The notes under the pieces are model-generated. The model was not told where the DNA came from, did not search any database, and saw only the letters and a list, made by a program, of their open reading frames with translations. A program made the translations under genes and the position numbers. This document shows, piece by piece, positions 51,771 through 61,198 of a stretch of 64,000 bases of DNA (position 1 is its first letter; the number at the start of each line of letters is the position of its first letter). The stretch comes from Candidatus Dormiibacterota bacterium (GTDB taxonomy: Bacteria > Chloroflexota > Dormibacteria > Dormibacterales > Dormibacteraceae). The stretch covers positions 9,694 through 73,693 of the forward strand of contig DAIUFK010000001.1 of assembly GCA_036844615.1 (NCBI GenBank). Reading direction: 5' to 3'.

Positions 51771-52621
51771 ACAGGAACCTGTGGCGAAACTCAAAGAATG
51801 CTGCTGCGCTGACAGCGACGTATTTGCTCACCGGCCTCGCGCTGGTGCCCTTGGGCCTTGTGCTCTGGTACACGATTCTCAAGGGACTTCCCGCGGCCGG
51901 CCACCTCGACTTCTTTCTCAACGTCGAACGGCCCGTCGGAATCCCCGGCTCGGGAATCTCCAACGCCATCGTCGGCACAGCGATGATGGTTGGAATGGCG
52001 TCCTTGGTCGCCATACCAGTCGGCGTCATCAGTGGCGTCTACCTGGCGGAATACAACCAGGCTCGCTGGGCAACATGGGTGAGGCTCGCGAGCGACGTGC
52101 TCGTCGGTGCGCCGTCCATCGCCCTCGGCCTCTTCGCATACGCGATCCTGGTGGTCCCGCTCCATCACTACTCGGCGATCTCCGCATCCGCCGCCCTTTC
52201 GATCCTGATGCTGCCGGTGGTGATCCGCACGACCGAGAGCGCGGTAAGCCTCATCCCAGGTGGCCTTCGCGAATCGGGACTTGCGCTCGGCCTGCCCCGC
52301 TGGCGCGTATCCCTGCAGCTGATAGTGCCCGCTGCCGCCCCCGGTGTCATCACCGGCGCTCTTCTTGCTGTCGCGCGCGCGGCCGGCGAGACCGCGCCGC
52401 TTCTATTCACAGCCTTCGGCAACCCGTTGGCCAGCGCCGATCCCACCCACGCGATGTCAGCACTGCCGCTCATCGTGTTCCGCGACGCGCTGACTCCTTA
52501 CAGGGAGCTCCAGGACCAGGCATGGGGCGCAGCCCTGGTGCTCGTGACGATGGTGCTTTTGATAAACCTGGCGAGCCGGTGGGTCCTGCGCCGCCAGATC
52601 CGCCTGGCCGGCCAGCTTTAG
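51767..52621 (+). CDS. pstA: phosphate ABC transporter permease PstA
   Basis: ESGLALGLPRWRVSLQLIVP. It overlaps pstC by 4 nt. Confidence 0.9.
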   Translation: MNRNLWRNSKNAAALTATYLLTGLALVPLGLVLWYTILKGLPAAGHLDFFLNVERPVGIPGSGISNAIVGTAMMVGMASLVAIPVGVISGVYLAEYNQARWATWVRLASDVLVGAPSIALGLFAYAILVVPLHHYSAISASAALSILMLPVVIRTTESAVSLIPGGLRESGLALGLPRWRVSLQLIVPAAAPGVITGALLAVARAAGETAPLLFTAFGNPLASADPTHAMSALPLIVFRDALTPYRELQDQAWGAALVLVTMVLLINLASRWVLRRQIRLAGQL

Positions 52622-52682
52622 CGGTGCCCTAAAACGGACGGACGACTGCCTGACTTACTCTTAGCCGCCGGGAGGTGACCGC

Positions 52683-53294
52683 ATGAAGCTGAGCCTGATT
52701 CCGCGTGAGCGGCGTTTCTACGACCTGTTCAAGCGGCAGGGATCGCTCGTGAGTGAGACGCTCACCGAGCTGAGCAAATCACTGCTCGAAGGGCGCAGCC
52801 GGCATTCCCGCCTGCGGGATCTCGAGCACATCTGCGACGACGTAACGCACGAGATCTACAACCTGACCAACCGCACTTTCAGCGCGCCGATGGAACAGGA
52901 AGACATCCTCCTGCTGGCGCATTCGCTTGACGAGGTAGTGGACCTGGCCGAAGAGGTCGCGGACAAGATCGATCTCTACGGCATCGCCACGATCACGGAC
53001 TCTGCCAAGGAGTTTGGTGAGTGCCTCGCCAAGGCAGGTATCGAGCTGGCCAAGGCGCTCGCCTTGCTCGAGGATTTCAAGGGGCTCGAACCCGTGCTGC
53101 AAAATGTTCACAGGCTTGAGAACGAAGGTGACCAGATCACGCGGGTTGCCCTGGGAAAGCTGTTCGCCGGCAACCATCCGACTCCGGCGGACCTGATCAA
53201 GTGGAAGGATATCTACGCACTGCTTGAGTCGACGCTCGATGAGTGCGAATCGGTCGCCGAGATAATGGAGACGATCTCAATCAAGAACGCCTGA
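52683..53294 (+). CDS. DUF47 (PhoU-like, Pit-accessory type) protein, copy A
   Basis: MKLSLIPRERRFYDLF...HRLENEGDQI...METISIKNA. Confidence 0.85.
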   Translation: MKLSLIPRERRFYDLFKRQGSLVSETLTELSKSLLEGRSRHSRLRDLEHICDDVTHEIYNLTNRTFSAPMEQEDILLLAHSLDEVVDLAEEVADKIDLYGIATITDSAKEFGECLAKAGIELAKALALLEDFKGLEPVLQNVHRLENEGDQITRVALGKLFAGNHPTPADLIKWKDIYALLESTLDECESVAEIMETISIKNA

Positions 53295-53298
53295 CAGC

Positions 53299-53703
53299 TC
53301 AAATTCTCAGCTGCGACGCCAAAGAAAGAACCCGGCGGTCGATATCGTCGCGAATCTCCCTGACCACCTCAAGCGGTTGGCCGCTCGGGTCCGGAAGGGC
53401 CCAGTCCTCGACCGGGACGCTAAGGACGGGGCACTCGTCACCACATCCCATCGTGATGGCTCGCACAACACCCTTCGCAAGGGCAACTGTCAGAAGCCGC
53501 GGCTTCGTGTCTGTAAGGTCGATTCCGATCTCACGCATCACCTCGATTACTTCGGGGTGGACGTGGGTCGACGGTCGGGTCCCGGCTGAATCCGCACTGG
53601 CTCGACCTGCCGCATATCGATTGAACAGCGCTGCGGCCATCTGACTGCGGCCCGCGTTGCGGACGCAGACGAACAGGACGCGCGGCGCGTTGTCGCCCAC
53701 CAT
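53299..53703 (-). CDS. arsC: LMW-PTP-fold arsenate reductase
   Basis: VLFVCVRNAGRSQMA (C-x5-R-S P-loop), SAGT and MGCGDEC. Confidence 0.8.
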   Translation of the reverse strand: MVGDNAPRVLFVCVRNAGRSQMAAALFNRYAAGRASADSAGTRPSTHVHPEVIEVMREIGIDLTDTKPRLLTVALAKGVVRAITMGCGDECPVLSVPVEDWALPDPSGQPLEVVREIRDDIDRRVLSLASQLRI

Positions 53704-53773
53704 CAGAATGTTAGATGCCGCGTTGACGACGCCCGAACCCCAGCCTGTTTAGGCTTCAAGCCGGAGGATGTGG

Positions 53774-54377
53774 ATGAAACTCAGCTTCGTACCTCAGGGC
53801 GGGCAGCGTTTCTACGATCTTTTCCGCAAGCAGGGAGAGCTCGTGAGCGAAACCTTGTCCGAGTTGAGCAAGTCGCTTCTCGAAGGCAAGAGCCGCCACG
53901 CAAGGTTGCGCGATCTCGAGCACCAGTGCGATGAGGTCACTCACCAGATCCACAACCTCGTCCACAGCACGTTCGTGACCCCGATCGAGCAGGAAGACAT
54001 CCTCCTTCTCGCCTCGAGCCTGGATGACGTCGTCGACCTGGCAGAGGAGACAGGTGACAAGATCGACCTCTACGAGATCGGTGTGATCTCGGACGCCGCC
54101 AAAGCGATGGGGGAGCAATTGGCCAAGGCAGGCACCGAGGTGGCGGGCGCTCTCGATCGTTTGGAAGGCTTCGCCGAGCTCAAACCCCACCGCCTGGAGA
54201 TCCACCGCCTCGAGAACGAGGGTGATCGGATCACCCGCGAGGCGATCGGAGAGTTGTTCTCGAAAGTCAGCGATGCCACCGAGCTGGTCAAGTGGAAGGA
54301 CATCTACGACCTGCTGGAGGCCACCATGGACGCATGCGAGCATGCTGCCAACGTGATGGAGACGATCTCGATCAAGA

Positions 54378-54385
<8 letters not shown>
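53774..54385 (+). CDS. DUF47 (PhoU-like, Pit-accessory type) protein, copy B
   Basis: MKLSFVPQGGQRFYDLF...HRLENEGDRI...METISIKNA. It is roughly two-thirds identical to copy A by eye and overlaps the PiT gene by 8 nt. Confidence 0.85.
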
Positions 54386-55397
<1,012 letters not shown>

Positions 55398-55513
55398 TGT
55401 TCTCGCAACTCAAATAAAAGTATCGATGCGGGGGTCAGTTCGGTAAACTCACACGCAACGCGCCGATTTAGCAAGAGACGTAACACAGCGTTCCAGCAGA
55501 GGAAGGAGCAACG

Positions 55514-55939
55514 TTGGCAACAAAGATCCTGGATGTTATCGATGTGACTGCGATCAGGGCAGCGGGCGGCGTGGTCTGCCGGACTGGTCCATCTGACGAG
55601 ACCGAGATTGCAGTCATCCACCGCCCAGCCTATGACGACTGGTCGCTGCCGAAAGGCAAGGTCGAGCCTGATGAATCCCCCGAGGACTGCGCGCTTCGCG
55701 AGGTCCGGGAAGAGACAGGCTTCAAGTGCGAGCTCGTGCGCCAGTTGGGTTGTACCGCGTACGTGGACCGCAGAGGCCGCGACAAGGTCGCGTGCTATTG
55801 GGTCATGCAGGTAAGCAGCGGCCGCTTCCGCCCCGGCATCGAAGTCGACAAGCTGGTCTGGCTCCCCGTCGCCCAGGCGGTCAAGCGCCTGACGTATGCG
55901 CGCGACAAGACCCTCGTCGTCCAGCAAGGCCTCCCTTAG
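55514..55939 (+). CDS. NUDIX hydrolase
   Basis: Nudix box LPKGKVEPDESPEDCALREVREETG. TTG start preceded by GAAGGAG. Confidence 0.8.
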   Translation: MATKILDVIDVTAIRAAGGVVCRTGPSDETEIAVIHRPAYDDWSLPKGKVEPDESPEDCALREVREETGFKCELVRQLGCTAYVDRRGRDKVACYWVMQVSSGRFRPGIEVDKLVWLPVAQAVKRLTYARDKTLVVQQGLP

Positions 55940-55990
55940 TCGCTGCGGAGGCGCACTCTGAGCGGGCCCAGCACTCGGTAAGCTGAGCCC

Positions 55991-56800
55991 ATGCAGACGG
56001 TCTCTGCCGTCGACAGGTTGGTGATCGCCGGCGTCGAGCTGCGATCGAGGCTCTTCCTGGGAACCGGCAAGTACCCCAGCGACGCAGCGATGCTTGCCGC
56101 CCTCGAGGCGTCGGGCTGTGAGCTCGTCACTGTCGCGCTCCGGCGCCTCGACCTCGACGATCCGAAGAAGAAGACGATTCTCGATGTCATCGACTGGAAG
56201 CGCTATCGGATCCTGCCGAACACCGCGGGGTGCCGCACCGCAGACGAGGCGATTCGGATCGCCAGGCTCGCGCGGTCGATGGGCCTGTCGGATTGGGTCA
56301 AGCTCGAGGTCATCCCCGATCCGCGCTATCTCTTCCCCGACCCGGAGGAGACGTTGAAGGCCGCCCGGGTTCTCGTCAGCGAAGGGTTCAAGGTTCTGCC
56401 ATACATCAACGCGGACCCTGTCCTGGCGAAGAAGCTGGAGGAGCTTGGCACGGTGACGGTGATGCCGCTTGGCTCGCCCATCGGCTCGGGTCAAGGGCTC
56501 CAGACGCTGGAGCAGATCCGCATCATCATCGAGGAGGCGAAGGTCCCGGTTGTAGTTGACGCGGGGATCGGCGCGCCCTCGGATGCCGCGCTCGCAATGG
56601 AGATTGGCGCCGACGCTGTCCTCGTCAACAGCGCAGTCGCGCTGGCTCGAGATCCGGCGCTGATGGCCGAAGCGATCAAAGAAGGTGTCGAGGCCGGACG
56701 CAAGGCATACGTCGCCGGCCGCATCCCCAGGCGCGACCAGGCCAGCGCAAGCTCACCCACCGAGGGCGTCTCGCGGCCAGGGGCCGCGGCCCTCGACTGA
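55991..56800 (+). CDS. thiG: thiazole synthase ThiG
   Basis: [35 protein letters not shown] and [12 protein letters not shown]. Confidence 0.9.
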   Translation: MQTVSAVDRLVIAGVELRSRLFLGTGKYPSDAAMLAALEASGCELVTVALRRLDLDDPKKKTILDVIDWKRYRILPNTAGCRTADEAIRIARLARSMGLSDWVKLEVIPDPRYLFPDPEETLKAARVLVSEGFKVLPYINADPVLAKKLEELGTVTVMPLGSPIGSGQGLQTLEQIRIIIEEAKVPVVVDAGIGAPSDAALAMEIGADAVLVNSAVALARDPALMAEAIKEGVEAGRKAYVAGRIPRRDQASASSPTEGVSRPGAAALD

Positions 56801-56814
56801 TCACTCCGGCGGCG

Positions 56815-57321
56815 ATGGCTGTCGTCGCGACTGCAGGCGCAGGCTTGCGCGCCGCCAAGCGAGCCACCATCCTCCAGCTCCGCGCTCCCGGTATCAGCAC
56901 CCGCGAGCTGGAAGCCAACGCTATGGAGCTTGTCGCCTCGTCGCCGGTGCCTGTCCTGATCAGCTCGCGATGCGACGTTGCGCTGGCGGTCGGCGCTGCG
57001 GGTGTGAACCTTCCCGAGCGCGACATCTCGGTTGCCGACGCGCGCGCTCTCCTCGGTCAGCGCCTCATCGGCCGCTCGGTCCATTCATTGCAGAGCGCGC
57101 GTGAGGCAGAGGAGGAAGGCGCTGATTTCGTCATCTTCGGTCCGGTCTGGGCGAGCCAGAGCCACGCGTATTCCGCTCCTGCCGGCATCGATGCGCTCAA
57201 GGAGGTCGCTGCGGCCTTGCGCATTCCGGTGCTGGCAATAGGCGGCGTCACGGAGAACCGCATCGCTGAATGCCACGCAGCGGGCGCCGCGGGCTATGCG
57301 GCGATCGGGCTCTTTCAATGA
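56815..57321 (+). CDS. thiE: short thiamine-phosphate synthase family protein (ThiE/TenI-like)
   Basis: LQLRAPG..., DVALAVGAAGVNLP, GRSVHS, ADFVIFGPV and LAIGGV. At 168 aa it lacks the usual N-terminal strand. Confidence 0.65.
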   Translation: MAVVATAGAGLRAAKRATILQLRAPGISTRELEANAMELVASSPVPVLISSRCDVALAVGAAGVNLPERDISVADARALLGQRLIGRSVHSLQSAREAEEEGADFVIFGPVWASQSHAYSAPAGIDALKEVAAALRIPVLAIGGVTENRIAECHAAGAAGYAAIGLFQ

Positions 57322-57521
57322 TCGTCCTGCAGATCAACGGCAAGGAGGTCCACCTCGATGGACCAACGGCGCTGCTCGCCTACCTCGAGAAGCTCGGTGT
57401 GAGCCCGCGCGCCGTAGCGGTCGAGCACAACGGCGTCATCATCGAGCGGGACGAGTACGCGAGGACGACTCTCGGCGAAGGCGATGCAGTGGAGATCGTG
57501 AGGATGGTCGGAGGCGGCTAG
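57318..57521 (+). CDS. thiS: sulfur carrier protein ThiS
   Basis: 67 aa ending VRMVGGG. ATGA overlap with thiE. Confidence 0.85.
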   Translation: MIVLQINGKEVHLDGPTALLAYLEKLGVSPRAVAVEHNGVIIERDEYARTTLGEGDAVEIVRMVGGG

Positions 57522-57559
57522 TTGCCTGCGGGGCGCCCCCTCCGGCGCTGCGACCACCA

Positions 57560-57578
57560 CCCGCGCGTACCGCGCGGG
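57560..57578. terminator. GC stem-loop between convergent thiS and murE
   Basis: CCCGCGCG-tac-CGCGCGGG is a perfect 8-bp stem. It is flanked by further small hairpins (GCGCC..GGCGC and CCCC..GGGG). Confidence 0.45.
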
Positions 57579-57600
57579 GACCCCAAAGGAGTGGGGAGGA

Positions 57601-59097
57601 TTAGCCGGCCAGCCCTAACTTCTCCCTGATAGCCGCCTCGGCTTCGGCCCGCTCGTCCCACGGCTCGGAGCCGGCAGCTGTCTGCATCGAGCGTTCGTGG
57701 CCTTTGCCGGCGAGGAGGACGCAGTCGCCAGGCCTTGCGATCTCGATGGCCCGGCGGATCGCGGCGCGGCGGTCGATGACCACTTCGAAATCGTGCCCAG
57801 GAGCCTTTCCCACCGCGCCCGACTGCACCTCCCGGGCGATCTCGGTGGGGTCCTCGCCGAGCGGATCGTCAGTGGTGATGATGAAGAAGTCGGCGAACTC
57901 GGCAGCTGCTCGACCCATGCCCGGCCTGTCGTGGTCAGAGCGAGCGGTCGAGCCGAAAACCGCGATCAAGCGACCTGGCGTGAACGGCCGCAGCTCCGCA
58001 AGCGCGCTGGCGAGCGCCCCCGATGAGTGGGCGAAGTCGATGAAAACGCGAAAGTCCTGGCCGAGGTCCACCGGCTCGAGCCTGCCGCGAACCCCCTCGA
58101 AACCCGCGAGGCCCCTGCCTATCGCATCCAGCGGCACGCCGAGCGCAAGGCAGACCCCCGCGGCGCACAGCGCGTTGTAGATGTTGAATCGGGCCGGCAC
58201 GATGAGCGTCACGTCGGTCTCCCCCACTGGGGTCACCAGCCGGAAATGTGACCCCGAACCGCTCACCGTGAGTTCGAGAGGATGCAGGTCGGCAGCTGTC
58301 GTCAGGCCATAGGACCAGCGCCGCGAGATCGGCCTGCGAGACAACCTCTCGTAGCTCGGATCGTCACGATTGAGGACTGCGGTCTTCTCGATTCCCTTGT
58401 CAGCCCCGGCTGCAGTGAGGTCGATGAGCCGTGCCTTTGCAGCGAGATAGTCGTCCCAGGTTGCGTGATAGTCGAGATGGTCGTGACCGACGTTGGTGAA
58501 TGCGGCCACGTCGAAGTCGCAGGCTCGCACGCGTTCCTGGACGAGCGCATGTGATGTGGTCTCGATCACCGCGCACTGCACGCCGGCTTCGACCATGCGC
58601 TGGAGCCAGGCCTGCACCTGGGGTGCCTCGGTGGTGGTCTGCCCGCTCAAGTTGTCGGTCTCGTTGCCACTCACGGTAAAAGCGACGGTGCTCATGGCGC
58701 CGGCCTGGATTCCGCTCGCCTGCAAGACGTGCTCGGCCATGTGGGTGGTCGTCGTCTTGCCGTCAGTTCCAGTGATGCCTGCGACCTTGAGCCTGCGCGA
58801 CGGCCGGCCATAGAACTCCGCCGCGATCTCCGCGAGCCCGAGGCGTGTCGACGGAACCAGCAGAACAGGCGTGCCGGCGGGCACCGGTCCGGGGCGCTCG
58901 AGTGCCACTGCCACCGCGCCCTTGGCCACCGCGTCGGCGGCGAATGCGTGACCGTCCTCGTGCAGGCCTGAGACGGCAACGAATAGATCACCTGGCTTGA
59001 CGCGACGCGAGTCGTAGGCGATCCCGGTCACCTCCACGTCGCCGCCACCTTCCAGCGTTGCGCCGGGCACGCCTCTGGCTAAATCCGCGAGCTTCAT
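57601..59097 (-). CDS. murE: UDP-N-acetylmuramoyl-L-alanyl-D-glutamate--2,6-diaminopimelate ligase MurE
   Basis: DSRRVKPGDLFVA, GITGTDGKTTT and the DNPR-like region NRDDPS. Start taken at MKLADLARG. Confidence 0.9.
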   Translation of the reverse strand: MKLADLARGVPGATLEGGGDVEVTGIAYDSRRVKPGDLFVAVSGLHEDGHAFAADAVAKGAVAVALERPGPVPAGTPVLLVPSTRLGLAEIAAEFYGRPSRRLKVAGITGTDGKTTTTHMAEHVLQASGIQAGAMSTVAFTVSGNETDNLSGQTTTEAPQVQAWLQRMVEAGVQCAVIETTSHALVQERVRACDFDVAAFTNVGHDHLDYHATWDDYLAAKARLIDLTAAGADKGIEKTAVLNRDDPSYERLSRRPISRRWSYGLTTAADLHPLELTVSGSGSHFRLVTPVGETDVTLIVPARFNIYNALCAAGVCLALGVPLDAIGRGLAGFEGVRGRLEPVDLGQDFRVFIDFAHSSGALASALAELRPFTPGRLIAVFGSTARSDHDRPGMGRAAAEFADFFIITTDDPLGEDPTEIAREVQSGAVGKAPGHDFEVVIDRRAAIRRAIEIARPGDCVLLAGKGHERSMQTAAGSEPWDERAEAEAAIREKLGLAG

Positions 59098-59122
59098 TCC
59101 CGAGGGGCAGCATAATCGGCGC

Positions 59123-59932
59123 GTGATCGCCGACATCGGTGGCCGCCGATTCGAGTGGGGCACCCGTACCTACGTGATGGGAATCGTCAACGTCACGCCT
59201 GACTCTTTCAGCGGCGACGGCCTCGGCGCGGACCACGAAGGCGCTGTCGCGCAGGGCGTGCGCATGGTGAAGGAAGGAGCCGATTTTCTGGATGTGGGCG
59301 GTGAGTCGACCCGCCCGGGCCACGTGCCGGTCAGCACCGAGGAAGAGATCAACCGCACCGAAGCGGTCGTTCGAGACCTCGCGCGGAGGTCAGGCGTGCC
59401 CGTGTCGATCGACACTTACAAGCTCGAGGTCGCAAAGGTTGCCGTTGCGGTAGGGGCGACCATTCTCAACGATGTCTGGGGACTCACCCGTTCGCCGGCC
59501 CTTGCCGACCTCGCCGCGAAGCATGGTTGCGCCCTCGTCGTGATGCACAACCAGGACGGCACCGCCTACGCGGGCGACATCATGAGCGAGATCAAACGCT
59601 TCCTGAAGGTTGCCGCGACTCTCGCGATCGCCGCAGGCGTGCCGCGTGAGCGTGTGCTGATCGACCCCGGTATCGGCTTCGGCAAAACAGCCGAACAGAA
59701 TTGGGAAGTGATGCGCAGGCTGGATGAGCTGAAGGAGGTCGGGCTGCCGATCCTCATCGGGACGTCGCGTAAGTCGTTCATGGGAAGGCTTCTCGACCTA
59801 CCCGTCACCCAACGGCTCGAGGGAACGGCTGCGACGGTCACAGCCGCAGTGCTACGCGGAGCCGATGTCGTCCGCGTCCACGACGTCGAGGCGATGACGC
59901 GGGTCGTGCGCACCGCCGACCACTTGCGGTGA
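59123..59932 (+). CDS. folP: dihydropteroate synthase
   Basis: GIVNVTPDSFSGDG, DVGGESTRPG, ISIDT, DPGIGFGK and GTSRKSF. Confidence 0.9.
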   Translation: MIADIGGRRFEWGTRTYVMGIVNVTPDSFSGDGLGADHEGAVAQGVRMVKEGADFLDVGGESTRPGHVPVSTEEEINRTEAVVRDLARRSGVPVSIDTYKLEVAKVAVAVGATILNDVWGLTRSPALADLAAKHGCALVVMHNQDGTAYAGDIMSEIKRFLKVAATLAIAAGVPRERVLIDPGIGFGKTAEQNWEVMRRLDELKEVGLPILIGTSRKSFMGRLLDLPVTQRLEGTAATVTAAVLRGADVVRVHDVEAMTRVVRTADHLR

Positions 59933-60348
59933 CGTCGAGAAGGACTGTCGCATACCTCGGCCTCGGCTCCAACGTCGGCCGGCGGGCTCGCAACCTCAGC
60001 GCCGCACGCAGGCGGCTGCGTCAAAAGGGTGCGCGAATCTTGCGTCAAAGTAGCGTCATTGAGACCGAGCCTTGGGGAGACCTCGACCAGCCGCGCTTCT
60101 TGAACCAGGTGGTTGAGGTCGAATGGACTGGCGAGCCGCGAGAGCTGCTGCACACGGTCAAGGAGGTAGAGCGCGAGGGTGGGCGCAAACCGACCCGTCG
60201 CTGGGGCCCGCGAGCCATAGACGTCGACATCCTGCTATTCGGCGACGAGCGCATCTCCGAGCTGGACCTTGAGGTTCCCCATCCGGGGATACCGCAGCGG
60301 CCGTTTGTTCTCGAATCGCTGCGCGAGCTGGGTATTACACCGCCCTAG
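59929..60348 (+). CDS. folK: 2-amino-4-hydroxy-6-hydroxymethyldihydropteridine diphosphokinase
   Basis: YLGLGSNVG, IETEPWG, RWGPRAIDVDILLFG, VPHP and RPFVL. Confidence 0.9.
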   Translation: MTSRRTVAYLGLGSNVGRRARNLSAARRRLRQKGARILRQSSVIETEPWGDLDQPRFLNQVVEVEWTGEPRELLHTVKEVEREGGRKPTRRWGPRAIDVDILLFGDERISELDLEVPHPGIPQRPFVLESLRELGITPP

Positions 60349-60366
60349 CCGGGTCGCGCGTTGGTG
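60346..60366. repeat. direct repeat copy 1 (20/21 identical to 60451..60471)
   Basis: TAGCCGGGTCGCGCGTTGGTG begins at the folK stop codon. Confidence 0.9.
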
Positions 60367-60390
60367 TTTGGAAATGGAAGGCTGGGTGAC

Positions 60391-60409
60391 GGCCGGAGTA
60401 AATCCGGCC
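60391..60409 (+). terminator. stem-loop between the two direct-repeat copies (folK terminator candidate)
   Basis: GGCCGGA-gtaaa-TCCGGCC followed by TT. Confidence 0.45.
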
Positions 60410-60449
60410 TTGAGCTCCACTTAAACTGCCCGCGTCTAGAGCCGCGTGG

Positions 60450-61169
60450 TTAGCCGGGGCGCGCGTTGGTGAAGCGGTAGCCGATGCCCGGCACGGCGAG
60501 GATGTAGTAGGGCCTCGAGGGCTGGGTTTCGACCTTCCGTCTCAGGTTCCGGATGTGGACGTCGATGACGCGCGTCTCGATGGGGTACTCGTAGCCCCAG
60601 ATCGAGTTCAGGATCTTCTCTCGGCTGAGGACCTTACCCGCGTTGCTGGCGAGGAAGTTCAGCAGGTCGAACTCGGTGTGGGTCAGCTCCACTTCCTTGC
60701 CGGACTTGTAGATGCGGCGCTCGTTGACGTCGATGAGCAGGTCGCGGAACTCGAGCCGGGTCCGCGTCGCCTCAACCGACTCGAGGCGAGTCCGGCGCAG
60801 GTGTGCGGCCATTCGAGCCACCAGCTCCCTGATGCGTAGGGGCTTGGTGACGTAATCGTCGGCACCGATCTCGAGAGCGACGACGACGTCTATCTCGTCT
60901 GAACGGGTGCTCATCATGATCACCGGCACCGAAGCGTCAACCTTGCGGAGCTCGCGGCAAAAGTCGAAGCCCGAGCCGTCTGGAAGAGCGACTTCGAGCA
61001 GCACCAGGCTCGGGTGCCCGGTTCCAAGCTCGCGCAGCCCGTCGGCGCCGCTCTCGGCCTCCAGCACCTGGTAGCCGTCCTGGGCGCATGCGGTCCTGAC
61101 CTCGCGACGGCTGTTCGCGTCGGAGTCGACGATGAGGACCTTGCGGGTGGATTCGGTGGCGCTGATCAC
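60450..61169 (-). CDS. orphan OmpR-family response regulator with Glu at the phospho-acceptor position
   Basis: KVLIVDSDANSR, SLVLLEVALPDGSGFDFC (GAA codon at 60993..60995 where the PhoP-like paralog has DLILLDLMLPGMSGFDFC), VTKPL and the winged helix GIGYRF. Confidence 0.85.
   Translation of the reverse strand: MISATESTRKVLIVDSDANSRREVRTACAQDGYQVLEAESGADGLRELGTGHPSLVLLEVALPDGSGFDFCRELRKVDASVPVIMMSTRSDEIDVVVALEIGADDYVTKPLRIRELVARMAAHLRRTRLESVEATRTRLEFRDLLIDVNERRIYKSGKEVELTHTEFDLLNFLASNAGKVLSREKILNSIWGYEYPIETRVIDVHIRNLRRKVETQPSRPYYILAVPGIGYRFTNARPG
60451..60471. repeat. direct repeat copy 2; forms the last codons and stop of the response-regulator gene
   Basis: TAGCCGGGGCGCGCGTTGGTG. On the minus strand it encodes ...TNARPG-stop. 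Confidence 0.9.
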
Positions 61170-61198
61170 GCCAACATACTAACTGAATTGAAGGATTG

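Noticed and set aside
55398-55990. TPP riboswitch upstream of the NUDIX/thiG genes
   Set aside because: No CUGAGA / ACCUGAUCUGG-type conserved core is visible in either spacer. This cannot be excluded without a covariance-model scan.
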